The notes: a model not told the origin generated them from the sequence alone. 64,000 nt of DNA from Methanothrix sp. (GCA_963682135.1 OY821645.1:160001-224000), one strand, 5' to 3'. Counted from the stretch's first letter, positions 17,433-28,205 are shown. Translations and numbers: made by a program.

Positions 17433-18595
17433 TCTTCCAGGACGTAGTGTTGGTTCGCTACGGGGAGATCACACTAAAAGATAGCTGGACCAGACAGAAC
17501 TGGGAACGCATTTTAGCAGGCAATATAGCTTTTTCCTTGCATAGAGCCGGGGTAGAGCATAAGATAGAGAGGGGCGAGGGCAGGATCTTCGTCCATACCT
17601 CTGATCCCCAGGCAAGCGAGATTGTGGCAAGGGTTTTTGGTGTAGTCTCCACCAGCCCCGCCGTGACAGTAGCCTCTGATCTGGAGCAGATAAGCCGGGC
17701 GGCGGTAGAGCTGGCAGGCCACGCTAAACCCAGCACTTTTGCCATCCGGCCCAGGCGTTCCGGGGTCTCATTCACAAGCGAAATGATAGGACGGGTGGTG
17801 GGGGAAGCTGTTAGAGTGGCAACGCTCTCCACGGTGGACCTGGATAAGCCAAAACTGGAGATATTCGTTGAGGCTCGGAAGAATCGGACCTTCGTCTTCA
17901 GCAAGGTGATAAAAGGCGTGGGCGGCCTGCCCCTGGGTTCACAGGGCAAGATGCTGGTGCTTATTTCCGGAGGCATTGACTCGCCTGTGGCTGCTTGGAT
18001 GATGATGAAGAGGGGCTGTCCGGTCACACTCCTGCATTTCGACTCGCGGCCCTATGCCGATGCCATAGACCAGTCCATGAAATGCGCAAAGGTTCTGGCA
18101 GACTGGACTACCGGTCGAAAGATAGATTTTATCACCATTCCCATCAGCCGGGGAATTGAGAAGATAGCATCTCACTATCCAAGAGCAACCTGCGTTCTCT
18201 GCCGGCGTTTGATGTACCGCATAGCTACAGAGGTCATGCAGATGCAGGGGTGCCTGGGCATTGTCACCGGCTATTCCATGGGTCAGGTGGCCTCACAGAC
18301 GGCAGATAACATTATGGCTGAGCAGGCGGCGCTTGGAGTTCCCGTATTTCATCCACTTATCTCTCTGGATAAAACAGAGATCACGGACCTGGCCAGAAAA
18401 ATAGGTACCTACGGTATTGCCGCAGAGACCAAATCCTGCACTGCCGTGCCGATCAAGCCCATGACAAGGGCCAAGAAGGACGAGATACTCCAGGCAGAAG
18501 AAGAGCTGGGGCTGAAGGAAATAGCCAGGGTACTGGTCAATGAGATGACGCTGACCAGAATAGGATATCTAGAGCAACCGGAGACGATGGTTTGA
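17429..18595 (+). CDS. thiI: tRNA 4-thiouridine synthase
   Basis: RYGEITLK, THUMP domain, PP-loop LISGGIDSPVA, CVLC and GQVASQT. Confidence 0.95.
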   Translation: MIFQDVVLVRYGEITLKDSWTRQNWERILAGNIAFSLHRAGVEHKIERGEGRIFVHTSDPQASEIVARVFGVVSTSPAVTVASDLEQISRAAVELAGHAKPSTFAIRPRRSGVSFTSEMIGRVVGEAVRVATLSTVDLDKPKLEIFVEARKNRTFVFSKVIKGVGGLPLGSQGKMLVLISGGIDSPVAAWMMMKRGCPVTLLHFDSRPYADAIDQSMKCAKVLADWTTGRKIDFITIPISRGIEKIASHYPRATCVLCRRLMYRIATEVMQMQGCLGIVTGYSMGQVASQTADNIMAEQAALGVPVFHPLISLDKTEITDLARKIGTYGIAAETKSCTAVPIKPMTRAKKDEILQAEEELGLKEIARVLVNEMTLTRIGYLEQPETMV

Positions 18596-19128
18596 AAGAA
18601 GAATTCGAGAGGAAAACCTTTGAGGAAAAGGTATCCTATTTTATAGAAAACCTGAGAAAATTGCCTGACGAATTGGCAAAAGAAGGCGTAGAGATACTGG
18701 CAAAAGCAGGCGAGATGGAGTATGCCGTCGTTTTAGCTAGAGACAAAGGAATGACCGATAAGGCCATCGCCATCCTGACAGATGAGGGAGACTTTCTTTG
18801 GGCGGCATTGATTGCCAAAAACGCAGGCCAAGAATCTCTTTGCGAGAGGCTCTACAGAGATGGCCTGCAGTATTACATCGAGATGGAGATGTTCGGAAGG
18901 GCCATTTCTGCGGCAACTGCCCTGGGCATGTCTCAATATGAGATAGATGATCTCTATCGAAGGGGCGTTGCCAAAGAGAGTCAGGGTGTCGACCTTGCTC
19001 ACAGCAGAGATATGATCGATTGTGCTATGCAATCACTGGATATGTCGATTATTGGCAGGGACGACGAGCTATCCCGACAGGTTATGCAGGCCGTGCGTGA
19101 GGAACGAGAAAGAAACGTAAAACAGTGA
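18592..19128 (+). CDS. Hypothetical alpha-helical protein
   Basis: Overlaps the thiI stop codon; coherent ORF. Confidence 0.7.
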   Translation: MKEEFERKTFEEKVSYFIENLRKLPDELAKEGVEILAKAGEMEYAVVLARDKGMTDKAIAILTDEGDFLWAALIAKNAGQESLCERLYRDGLQYYIEMEMFGRAISAATALGMSQYEIDDLYRRGVAKESQGVDLAHSRDMIDCAMQSLDMSIIGRDDELSRQVMQAVREERERNVKQ

Positions 19129-19150
19129 TTCGCGCACAATCATCGAGCTT

Positions 19151-20068
19151 TTACTCATCTTTCAGGTAGATTTCCAGGGACATCAGATCCTCTGCCACAA
19201 TAGTCCTCTCGAAGATGGATTTTGCCTCTCTTAGAAGCTGGGAGGTATCCTCAGAATAACGGGAGCTGATATGAGTAAGAACGAGCTGACCCACATCTGC
19301 ATTTTTAGCGACTAAAGCTGCCTCTGCCGCAGTGCTGTGCTTCGTCTCTTTAGCCCAATCCGCCATATCATTTGCCAGAGCGCAGTCATGGATGAGCAGA
19401 TCAGCTCCCCTGCCGGCCAGCTCAACGGATTTGCAGGGCCGTGTGTCTCCCGTGTAGACGATCTTTCTGCCCGGTCGGGCTGGGCCCATAACCTGATGGG
19501 GCTCTATCTTTTTACCGTCGATCTCTATTTCCTGGCCATGCTGCAGCTTTCCGAAGAGCGGTCCGGGCGGTATGCCCAGGGAAGTGGCCGCATCGCGGTT
19601 GAATCGACCAAGGCGCGCGTCTTCCTCCAGAGAGTAGCCCAGGCTGGGGACGCTATGATGAGTTGAGATGGCCCTTACCTGGCAGCCTTTCATCTTCAGC
19701 ACGTCTCCCGGCTCAAGTTCGATCGCCTGGACATTAAAGTTGCGAGAGAAGTAGCAGACTGACTTGAAGCTCTCCACCAGATGCTTGGTATGAATGGGAC
19801 CGACAACAATTATTGGATTTCTTCGTCCCTGGAAGGCCAAAGTCTCCAATAGGCCGGGAATGCCCAAGATATGGTCGGCGTGTAGATGAGTTAAGAAGAT
19901 GTAATTTAAACGCATCATACCTGTTCTCGCCCGCATCATCTGTCTTTGCGTACCCTCTGCGCAGTCGAAGAGCATCATCTCTCCCTCGCGGTTGATGAGG
20001 ATGGCCGAAGGATTTCTCTCCGGCGTAGGAAGCGATCCGGCAGTTCCCAGGAAGGTCACATTTAGCAT
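19151..20068 (-). CDS. rnz: Ribonuclease Z
   Basis: FLGTAG, THLHADH, GIPPGP exosite, GDT and LTHISSRY. Confidence 0.96.
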   Translation of the reverse strand: MLNVTFLGTAGSLPTPERNPSAILINREGEMMLFDCAEGTQRQMMRARTGMMRLNYIFLTHLHADHILGIPGLLETLAFQGRRNPIIVVGPIHTKHLVESFKSVCYFSRNFNVQAIELEPGDVLKMKGCQVRAISTHHSVPSLGYSLEEDARLGRFNRDAATSLGIPPGPLFGKLQHGQEIEIDGKKIEPHQVMGPARPGRKIVYTGDTRPCKSVELAGRGADLLIHDCALANDMADWAKETKHSTAAEAALVAKNADVGQLVLTHISSRYSEDTSQLLREAKSIFERTIVAEDLMSLEIYLKDE

Positions 20069-20177
20069 CTTTCGGCCTCTTTAAAACTCTCCGGGGAGAG
20101 ACACATGTTTTCCCATATCATCTTTTGCATGCAAACCTTTATCTGATAAAGAGACGGCACATCTGTTGGTGTAGGAA

Positions 20178-20297
20178 ATGGACGTTATTACTATTGTCGA
20201 GTGGCTCCAGGGCCTGCTGATACTGGCAATCTTCCTGGGAATCATGGCAACAAGCTTCAAGGTCTGGCGCTGGAATTACGCAACGCCGCCCAGATAG
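20178..20297 (+). CDS. Putative 39-aa single-pass membrane protein; missed by the ORF track
   Basis: MDVITIVEWLQGLLILAIFLGIMATSFKVWRWNYATPPR*; GGTG and a TATA-like TTTATC lie upstream. Confidence 0.5.
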   Translation: MDVITIVEWLQGLLILAIFLGIMATSFKVWRWNYATPPR

Positions 20298-20410
20298 AGC
20301 GAAAGCATAAAACGAATCTATCATTTGTTTTATTTTCCATTTTTGCGACAATAGCGGGCGGTTAACGCCAGGAATATCGATTTATCCAAAAAATGAGAGT
20401 TTTGCCCCCC

Positions 20411-21298
20411 TCACACCCAGAATGTGGGAGGAGCACTTCCGATTGGTGTCCCAACAACCGGCCTTGCAGCCGACACCAGGCCGGTAGTCGCTTGAACAGA
20501 GGTCTGCGTGAAGACATATCCCTGAAATTCTGCATTGACGAGATAAAACCCCGTGGCTACATCAAGGGCATAATACCCAGCGAGGTCCGTCATCGTCGAG
20601 AACTTTCCGCCCTCGTTATTGGATACTATTACCTTAACATTGGGCATGCCCAGACCGCCCTGATCCTGCACTCTTCCCGTCAGACTAAAAGATGTGGGAT
20701 AGCTTCCCGAGCCGACCATGATGGATAGATTATTGCTGGCAAATCCAGCTGATACAAAGCGATAGATGTGCGCACCGAGATAATTTGCATAAGCGCCGTT
20801 TATCCTATACCAACCAGGTGTGACATAACCCTGGTTTAGGATTTGGCGGTTATAATCCAAAAGCGAGAAGCTGCCCTTCCCGTTTATTCGGGCCCAGAGC
20901 ACATATTGCTCGCCCAAAGAGACTGTTCCCTGCGTTAAGAGGTACTTACCCCTTTGCAGGAAAAGCCCATTGACTAGCTTCTTGTCGCCATCGACAACCA
21001 GTCCCTCAATTGCCGGATTTGCAGGCTCAAGCAGCAAGCTGAATGCGCTCAATCCCTGCCCAAAGGGGTCCAACTCCAAGCTTTGGGCGCCGGATGAACT
21101 TAAGTAGTCCGGCATTATCGTACTTGCCTGATCTCCACTCGACACCGGAGTGCCCATCCAATCGTAGCCGCTCTGATCATACGATTTCGAGCCGCCCATG
21201 CCCTGTGAAGCAGACAATCCCACCAGGAGCAGAGCAAATATCAGTCCTGCGATGATAAATATAACTTTACCCATACCGAATTTCCTCCCTGCTTCCAT
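20411..21298 (-). CDS. Secreted protein with a C-terminal carboxypeptidase-regulatory-like domain
   Basis: Hydrophobic signal sequence; LTGRVQD...TMTDLAGYY...GFYLVNA. Confidence 0.75.
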   Translation of the reverse strand: MEAGRKFGMGKVIFIIAGLIFALLLVGLSASQGMGGSKSYDQSGYDWMGTPVSSGDQASTIMPDYLSSSGAQSLELDPFGQGLSAFSLLLEPANPAIEGLVVDGDKKLVNGLFLQRGKYLLTQGTVSLGEQYVLWARINGKGSFSLLDYNRQILNQGYVTPGWYRINGAYANYLGAHIYRFVSAGFASNNLSIMVGSGSYPTSFSLTGRVQDQGGLGMPNVKVIVSNNEGGKFSTMTDLAGYYALDVATGFYLVNAEFQGYVFTQTSVQATTGLVSAARPVVGTPIGSAPPTFWV

Positions 21299-21312
21299 AA
21301 GACGCAGAGCAC

Positions 21313-22680
21313 GTGAACTACCGCGTCCTGAAGGGCGCGGCTTCCCACTTCATCGCCAATACTTGCATCACTGTTATGTGATGTAGCGGTTTTAGTTCTA
21401 TGGGCGCTACGGGCTGTTCCATCCCTGTGAGGAGTATGTTCCTGGAAGCATTGTAGTCTCGATCACACGAGAATCCGCAATAATGGCACTCATGTGCTCG
21501 TACCGACAGATCTTTCTTTACGATGCTTCCACAAGCAGAACACCGTTGAGTAGTGTTCCTGGGATCCACTTTTATCAGCTTTCGACCAGCACTTTGAGCC
21601 TTGTACGAAAGCATGAATATGAATTTAGACCAGGATGCATCATGAATACTGCGATGCATACCGTTATTATGGCCTTTCTCTTTCAGACCTATAACATCAA
21701 GATCCTCAACACAAATGATATCAAAGTTATTGACATATGTCCTAGATAACTTATGCAGGAAATCGTCTCGCAGGCAGTTGATTCTCTTATGCAGCTTAAC
21801 GATTTTATCCTTGAGGAACTTATAATTATTCGACCCCCGCACTGCTCTGGCTAGACTTCGTTGCAGTCTTGCCAGTTTATCAGCAGATTGCTCGCCACAT
21901 CTTGGATTCTCTATCTCGTTGCCCTCAGAATCAACCACGAAAGAAGTCAAACCGACATCCAGACCTACTGCTCCCTCTGTTTCTGGTAACGGCTGTGGTT
22001 CCTGATCGGCCTGGACTATGGCGAACCATCGATTGCATTCTCTCTTTATTATAACGGCTTTGATGCAACCTTCGATCTTTCGATAGATCTTAATCCGCAT
22101 ATCTCCGATCTTGGAGAGATGCAGTATGCCGTGATCTTGATCGATTTTGAAGCCTGATTGGTTGTAATTTAGAGTGTTATACCAGCCATATCCTTTGAAA
22201 CGGACATGACCGATATTTCGACCATTCAACTTGGACGCTGCAAGTCCCTTGAAATTAGACCAAAGAGTATAATTCACCATCTGGAGAACTTTGGAATAGA
22301 CCAGATTCAGCTTCGAATTCTCAAGCTTCAGAGATGGAATCATATTCTGAGTATCATAGGTCTTGAGCTTGATGCCTTTCTCTTTAGCATCATTCAGATC
22401 TTCGAGAAGCCGATTATAGAGCCACCTGCAAGCATCCAAATTCTCGGCTAACTTCCATTGAGTCATCTTGTTTGGGAAGATGGGATACTTGTAGCTGATC
22501 ATCATACGAATACTGATATGCATGCCTATTATTTATATAGGTTGAGGGCGACGCGAAAGTAATCATGGCAAAGGGCTCCGCTTTCATCCGTTGCGACTGC
22601 ATCGCAACTCCCGCAAACTCTGCGGAGTTAGCGAGATCACCCAGAAGGAGGGGGACTTCCCGCTCCGCCCTTCGCAATCC
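21313..22680 (-). mobile_element. IS200/IS605-family (IS1341-type) tnpB-only element; left end approximate
   Basis: Right end has a hairpin at 21321-21340 and terminal TTCAC. A structured left end lies at about 22570-22675. No tnpA is present. Confidence 0.82.
21318..22523 (-). CDS. tnpB: RNA-guided endonuclease TnpB
   Basis: RuvC residues D (GLDVG), E (VEDL) and D (DRDYNAS); Zn finger CSAC/CHYC. Confidence 0.95.
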   Translation of the reverse strand: MHISIRMMISYKYPIFPNKMTQWKLAENLDACRWLYNRLLEDLNDAKEKGIKLKTYDTQNMIPSLKLENSKLNLVYSKVLQMVNYTLWSNFKGLAASKLNGRNIGHVRFKGYGWYNTLNYNQSGFKIDQDHGILHLSKIGDMRIKIYRKIEGCIKAVIIKRECNRWFAIVQADQEPQPLPETEGAVGLDVGLTSFVVDSEGNEIENPRCGEQSADKLARLQRSLARAVRGSNNYKFLKDKIVKLHKRINCLRDDFLHKLSRTYVNNFDIICVEDLDVIGLKEKGHNNGMHRSIHDASWSKFIFMLSYKAQSAGRKLIKVDPRNTTQRCSACGSIVKKDLSVRAHECHYCGFSCDRDYNASRNILLTGMEQPVAPIELKPLHHITVMQVLAMKWEAAPFRTR

Positions 22681-22801
22681 TACAAGTTAAATGTTCTGTA
22701 CTTTCGTGATTCGAACGATGCGATCGTGATCACATTTATAAATGAAAACTGCATCCTTGCACAGTAGATAGCTTATAACAATTATTCATTGGAGGAGATC
22801 T

Positions 22802-25800
22802 ATGGATCATGTCAGGGTCGGTGGAGTCTGTCTGCTTCTCATAATAATAGCTGCGGCTCTGCCAATTAATGTATTGGCGCAAACCCCTTCACAGAACGAT
22901 AATGCAGCGGACGGGACTGCCCCAATCATAAGCCAGAGCTTGCTTTCTAAGAGCACACAGGGAGAGACGATATCTGCAGAAAAGCTGGCCAAGCGTAATA
23001 CTGGACTTAAGCCGCTGGCATCTTCCGGGCAGGCTGCAAAATCTGAAACCTCAGCAGCCCCAGAAGAGGCTGCAAACACCGCCCCTTCTGCCCCGCAGAG
23101 CGATGCAAAACAAGAAACCGCGAACCAGGAGCCTGCCCAGGATGCGACGACAACGCCGGATATGATCCCGAAAGAAGCATCTGTAGAACCATCCGCGATA
23201 TCAAATGACGCAGCTACATCGGATCAAACCGCAGAGGCTGCAACAGAGACGACTATTGCTCCTCCTGATGATGTAGCTTTGGGAACGACAGTCTCGCCGG
23301 ACGCGACAGCAACCAGCATTACCGACTCACAAAATGCATCTCAGTCCAATGCGGAAAATGCATCTCAGACCGAAACAGAAATTGTGTCCAATAACGTTTC
23401 TCTGAATGAATCGGAAAATTCTACTGAAGAAGTGGCTGCGGTGGCAGTTGAAGAGACTGATGAGACTGATGAGCCGGCAGATCGTATCTGGCGAGAAGGG
23501 ATCAGCTCAGATAAGTACACCTGGGATTACAGAAGCTTCTCCGGCTTCTTCTACGACATGAAGAATAATGTCGGCACAGAGAAGCTTACCGTCGATCTGC
23601 AGGGCAACGACAGGTCCATTGATTCCGGCAATCTGGTATACAGCACAACTGCTGAGAAAATGGATTTCGAGTTTGGCGATTGGGGAGAATATCAGGTCAT
23701 CGGCTTTATGGCTGAGAAGTACTTTGCCGGATATCTGGAAGGAGACGGCGAGATCTTCGACAATGATGTCAGCCTCATCAATGACGGCCAGCTCCGGCGG
23801 GTGCTGGTAGATAGCGATGATGAGAGCACCATCACCACCGGATCGGTCCTCACATTGGAAGAGGGATATGAGCTGCGCATCAAGCAGATCGACATTGACG
23901 GGAATAAAGTATATCTCGGTCTGGCCAAGGATGGAGAGGAGATCGACAGCAAGGTCGTCTCTCCTGATAGCAGCTTGAAGAGCGCCACTTATTTGTATAA
24001 AGTGGAGATCTCCGGAGAGGACCAGCCGATCATCATGGCCCATATCTCCAATGTCTTTGCCAGCACCGAATCCGATCTGGTCACCGTAGACGGCATCTTC
24101 CAGATATCCGATACATACAATTCAGTTGAAAGCGGCGATGAATACGGCAAGATGCAGGTGAACAGTCTCTCTGATACAGGTCTTGAGATGGATAACGATA
24201 ACACCATCTCTCTGAGAAAGGGAGGCACTGCTGAGATCTTTGGTGATGTTGGATTTATAGTGGCAGATTCTGATGAGCTGCGTTTCGCACCAATCGTCGA
24301 GAGATCCGGACCTCAAGAAGTGAGGGGAACAGTGATAAATCCGTCAGAAGTTAAAGAATTTACCTGGACGGTTTATAACTTCGAGGGCTTCTATTACGAT
24401 ATAGATGATGATGTGGGAACTGAGGAGCTTACTGCCAGGATAACAGGCGGTAGCAAGATCGAAGAGGGTGATCTGCTCTATTCCACAAGCCCGGCACCGG
24501 TTGAATTCGAATTTGCGTCCTGGGGCAAGTACGATGTCGTCGGTTTTATGGCCGACAAATACTTCGCAGGATTCAATAACGAAACCAAGTTCACAGACGA
24601 AGTCAGCGCCATCAATGAAGGGCAGCTTAGAAAGATCTTGATTGATGACGACGACAGCCGGACCATTGCCAGCGGATCGGTTCTATCTCTGGAAGAGGGA
24701 TATGAACTGCGCATCAAGCAGGTGGACCTCAATGGAAACAAGGTCTATCTTGCTCTGGCCAGAGACGGTGAAGAGGTGGACAGCAAGGTGGTGACGCCTT
24801 CATCCAGTCCGGAGGACAAGGCCTCCAACTACATGTACAAGGTAGACATAGGTTCTGAGAAAGATGTACCGATAATCATCGTACATGTCGAGAGCGTCTT
24901 TAGGAGCACAGAGTCGGATCTGGCTACTGTAGACGGCATCTTCCAGGTATCCGATAGCCCGGAGTCTGTGGAAGAGGGTGAGATACACGGCAGGATGAAG
25001 GTGGAGACGCTGGGCGATGACGGCATCACCATGAAAAATGACGGCTCAATCAGCTTAGGCAGGGACAAGACCATTGAGATCATGGAAAACCTGAAGTTCA
25101 GGGTTGCCGACAGCAGTGATAGGCTGATGGCGCCTATTGCCATCAAGCCGGGAGAAGGGAGCGACATGACACTTAGCGTTCCTGCGGCGATTGTGAACAC
25201 GCCGGTTATCATCAGCGTCAAATCGGGCACATCCGCCATTTCCGGAGTTCAGTTCCTGATTAACGGCAGCAGCGCCGGAACTGCTGATGCTACTGGTTCT
25301 TTTACCTACACACCAGCATCAGTAGGAACCTTCCCGATTGTTGCCAAGAAGACGGGATACAATGACGCTAAGGCTGATTTGGTAGTAAAGACGGCAGCCG
25401 AGGCCGCCAGAGTGTCTGCATTCGAGAAGGCCAATGCAACGCTTGCCAACCAGCTCACCATCAATGCGCCGGCTGAGGTAATCAAAGGAGAGAACTTCCT
25501 GATAACGGTTGTCGAGGGCATCAACCAGACGCCTGTGGATGCAGCATCCCTGTTCCTGGATGAAGAGAGCATCGGCAGCACCAGCGCCCAGGGAACGATG
25601 ACCTATTCCGCAACTGTCACGGGCGATCATACCTTGAAGGCAGAGAAAGAGGGCTTTAATTCCACTACCAAGAAGATCATGATAACCTCGTCTCTAAGGG
25701 TTGTCAATCTGACTGTACCGGAAAAGGCCAACGCAGGCAGCGAGATCAAGATCTCTGCCATTGTAGAGAACGCTGGCAGCAATGAAGACACCCGCTTGCT

Positions 25801-26089
25801 GGAGCTGAAGGCCAACGAAACGGTTGTAGACTCCCAGAATGCGACAGTTAAAGGTGGCGAGAACACCACGGTCAGCTTCAGCTACAAGCCCGTAGACCCG
25901 GGATTGACCAGAATCAGCCTGGATGAGCAGAGCAAGACGGTAAATGTGGAGAAGGCTGGGAGCAAAAACTGGATCATTGCCTTGATCCTGGTGCTGCTCA
26001 TAGCCATAGGGGCAGGTTACTATCTCTACTCTACAGGAGAGCTGGACGGTTTGCAAAGGCAGGTTAAGAGGATGATGCAAGGGCGATAG
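22802..26089 (+). CDS. S-layer protein (two S-layer duplication domains, Ig/CARDB-like domains, C-terminal TM)
   Basis: Repeated FxGFxYD...GTE...GFMAxKYFAG units, signal peptide, low-complexity linker and C-terminal anchor. Confidence 0.9.
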   Translation: MDHVRVGGVCLLLIIIAAALPINVLAQTPSQNDNAADGTAPIISQSLLSKSTQGETISAEKLAKRNTGLKPLASSGQAAKSETSAAPEEAANTAPSAPQSDAKQETANQEPAQDATTTPDMIPKEASVEPSAISNDAATSDQTAEAATETTIAPPDDVALGTTVSPDATATSITDSQNASQSNAENASQTETEIVSNNVSLNESENSTEEVAAVAVEETDETDEPADRIWREGISSDKYTWDYRSFSGFFYDMKNNVGTEKLTVDLQGNDRSIDSGNLVYSTTAEKMDFEFGDWGEYQVIGFMAEKYFAGYLEGDGEIFDNDVSLINDGQLRRVLVDSDDESTITTGSVLTLEEGYELRIKQIDIDGNKVYLGLAKDGEEIDSKVVSPDSSLKSATYLYKVEISGEDQPIIMAHISNVFASTESDLVTVDGIFQISDTYNSVESGDEYGKMQVNSLSDTGLEMDNDNTISLRKGGTAEIFGDVGFIVADSDELRFAPIVERSGPQEVRGTVINPSEVKEFTWTVYNFEGFYYDIDDDVGTEELTARITGGSKIEEGDLLYSTSPAPVEFEFASWGKYDVVGFMADKYFAGFNNETKFTDEVSAINEGQLRKILIDDDDSRTIASGSVLSLEEGYELRIKQVDLNGNKVYLALARDGEEVDSKVVTPSSSPEDKASNYMYKVDIGSEKDVPIIIVHVESVFRSTESDLATVDGIFQVSDSPESVEEGEIHGRMKVETLGDDGITMKNDGSISLGRDKTIEIMENLKFRVADSSDRLMAPIAIKPGEGSDMTLSVPAAIVNTPVIISVKSGTSAISGVQFLINGSSAGTADATGSFTYTPASVGTFPIVAKKTGYNDAKADLVVKTAAEAARVSAFEKANATLANQLTINAPAEVIKGENFLITVVEGINQTPVDAASLFLDEESIGSTSAQGTMTYSATVTGDHTLKAEKEGFNSTTKKIMITSSLRVVNLTVPEKANAGSEIKISAIVENAGSNEDTRLLELKANETVVDSQNATVKGGENTTVSFSYKPVDPGLTRISLDEQSKTVNVEKAGSKNWIIALILVLLIAIGAGYYLYSTGELDGLQRQVKRMMQGR

Positions 26090-26268
26090 GCAGAGTCGCC
26101 CTTGGATTTTCTTTCTTTTTTAAAAAATGCATTTTCATTTTTTCCAGTCTACACTTGTCGATAATCCTCACCGGTTTTTTTGACAGCATGGGAATTATTG
26201 ATATACCCTGACGTTTTCTCTCATGGCACAGTATAGCATAGATAGAGCAAATTAAATTTCACCAAGGT

Positions 26269-27606
26269 ATGGAAATGAACTACTGGCAACCGAAATTGGA
26301 GCTCATGGAGAGAAAAGAGCTGGAAGAGCTGCAACTGCAGCGTCTCAAGACCGTTGTAGAGAAGGTTTACAAGAACGTTCCCTTTTACCAGAACAAATTC
26401 AAGCAGGCGGGCATCACCCCCCAGGACATCAAGAGCCTCAAGGACCTGACGAAGCTGCCCACTACCAGAAAGCAGGACTTGCGGGACAACTATCCCTTCG
26501 GCCTCTTTGCCGTCCCGCGAGAGGAGGTAGTGCGGGTACATGCCTCTTCCGGCACTACCGGCAAGCCCACCGTGGTAGGCTACACCGCCAAGGATATTGA
26601 GAACTGGTCGGACCTCATGGCTCGAGACTTTGTGATGGTCGGAGTCAAGAAAGGTGATATCTTCCAGAACGCGGTAAACTACGGCTTTTTCACAGGCGGT
26701 CTGGGTGTGCATTACGGAATCGAGCGCATGGGGGCCATGGCTGTGCCCTCCGGCGTGGGCAACACGGAACGCCAGCTCGAGATCATGATGGATTTTGCTG
26801 TGACCGTACTGCACTGCACCCCATCTTACGCGCTTTATCTGGCAGAGACTGCCAAGGCCAAGGGCGTGGTGGACAAGCTAAAGCTGCGCATCGGCTGCTT
26901 TGGAGCCGAGCCCTGGTCGGACGAATCGAGAAAGGAGCTGGAAGATGCACTGCACATCAAAGCCTATGACTCATACGGCCTCTCGGAGATGATGGGTCCA
27001 GGAGTGGCTTTTGAGTGCCAGGAGCAGAACGGATTGCACATCTGGGAGGACCACTTTCTCATCGAGATTCTGGATAAGAATGAGCAGTCCTGCGCGCCGG
27101 GAGAGCCGGGCGAGCTGGTCATAACTTCGCTTACCAAAGAGGCCATGCCCCTCATCAGATACCACACCGGGGATGTGACCTACATCATGGAAGAGAAGTG
27201 CAGCTGCGGGCGCACCAGCCGAAAGCTGCACAGGTTCCTGGGCCGGGCGGATGACATGCTCATTGTGCGCGGCATCAACGTCTTCCCCAGTCAAATTGAG
27301 GATGTGCTGGTCAGCATCCCTGAGATTGGCAACTACTTCCAGGTGGTCGTGGACAGAAAGAAGCACGGACTCGATGAGATCAGCATTCAGGTTGAACTTA
27401 AGGAAGAGGCCTTCACCGGCGAACTCTCCGACCTGGCAAAGATTAGGAAGAAGGCTGAAGATAAGCTGAAGTCCGTACTGAATGTGAGAAGCAAGATCGA
27501 GCTGGTGGAGATGGGCTCCATTCCCAGAACGGCCGGAAAGTCAAAGAAGGTCGTGGATATGAGGGATGTTTACGCCAAGGACGAGAAAGCGGTGAAAAAA
27601 AGCTGA
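26269..27606 (+). CDS. paaK: Phenylacetate-CoA ligase family protein
   Basis: HASSGTTGKP, YGLSE, RYHTGD and GRADDMLIVRGINVFP. Confidence 0.9.
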   Translation: MEMNYWQPKLELMERKELEELQLQRLKTVVEKVYKNVPFYQNKFKQAGITPQDIKSLKDLTKLPTTRKQDLRDNYPFGLFAVPREEVVRVHASSGTTGKPTVVGYTAKDIENWSDLMARDFVMVGVKKGDIFQNAVNYGFFTGGLGVHYGIERMGAMAVPSGVGNTERQLEIMMDFAVTVLHCTPSYALYLAETAKAKGVVDKLKLRIGCFGAEPWSDESRKELEDALHIKAYDSYGLSEMMGPGVAFECQEQNGLHIWEDHFLIEILDKNEQSCAPGEPGELVITSLTKEAMPLIRYHTGDVTYIMEEKCSCGRTSRKLHRFLGRADDMLIVRGINVFPSQIEDVLVSIPEIGNYFQVVVDRKKHGLDEISIQVELKEEAFTGELSDLAKIRKKAEDKLKSVLNVRSKIELVEMGSIPRTAGKSKKVVDMRDVYAKDEKAVKKS

Positions 27607-27671
27607 AAGATCGGACGGCGGCTGTAGTATTCCCTCTGCAGCCTTTTAATTTCCTTTTAATATTTATTACT

Positions 27672-28205
27672 CTACCTGGTTACCTTGCTGATGAGGTCCT
27701 GTCCGATGACTGCGCTCTCATCAACTGCAGATAGCAGCTCGTCATGGATGGAGCTTTGTGAGTAGTAAAGCGTCACCAGCACACCTGCCTCTTTTGCCGC
27801 CTCAATGGCCGGCAGGAAATCGCTGTCTCCAGTGACGATAACCGCCTTGCGGATCATTCTGCCGCAACTCAGTCGCACCAGATCAACAGCCAATGCGATG
27901 TCCACCCTCTTTTGGATAAACTCACCACCCACACACCCCAGGCGCCCAAGTTTTACTTCAAATCTGGGCAGCTTTCTTAATGTATAGACGAACTTATCCA
28001 TAGAGGCAAACCTGCGACGCTCGTCCTCAGTTGGAGGGCAACTCTGGTAAGGCATGCAATTGTAGTAATAGGTCCTCAGCCGCTCATAATCGCCACAAAG
28101 AATATCCGAAAATCCAGCCAAGTCAATCTTGGGTTTGCCAAAATCGACATCAAGAATCTTAGTTAAATAAGCTCCATCAATGAATACCGCTGCACGGTCA
28201 GACAA
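27672..28205 (-). CDS. NYN-domain (LabA/DUF88) protein
   Basis: VFIDGAY, QKRVDIALAVD and TGDSDF. Confidence 0.9.
   Translation of the reverse strand: MSDRAAVFIDGAYLTKILDVDFGKPKIDLAGFSDILCGDYERLRTYYYNCMPYQSCPPTEDERRRFASMDKFVYTLRKLPRFEVKLGRLGCVGGEFIQKRVDIALAVDLVRLSCGRMIRKAVIVTGDSDFLPAIEAAKEAGVLVTLYYSQSSIHDELLSAVDESAVIGQDLISKVTR

Noticed and set aside
23480-25130. Long internal DNA repeat
   Set aside because: Explained by the two S-layer duplication domains; the PKD and WD40 repeats are explained likewise.
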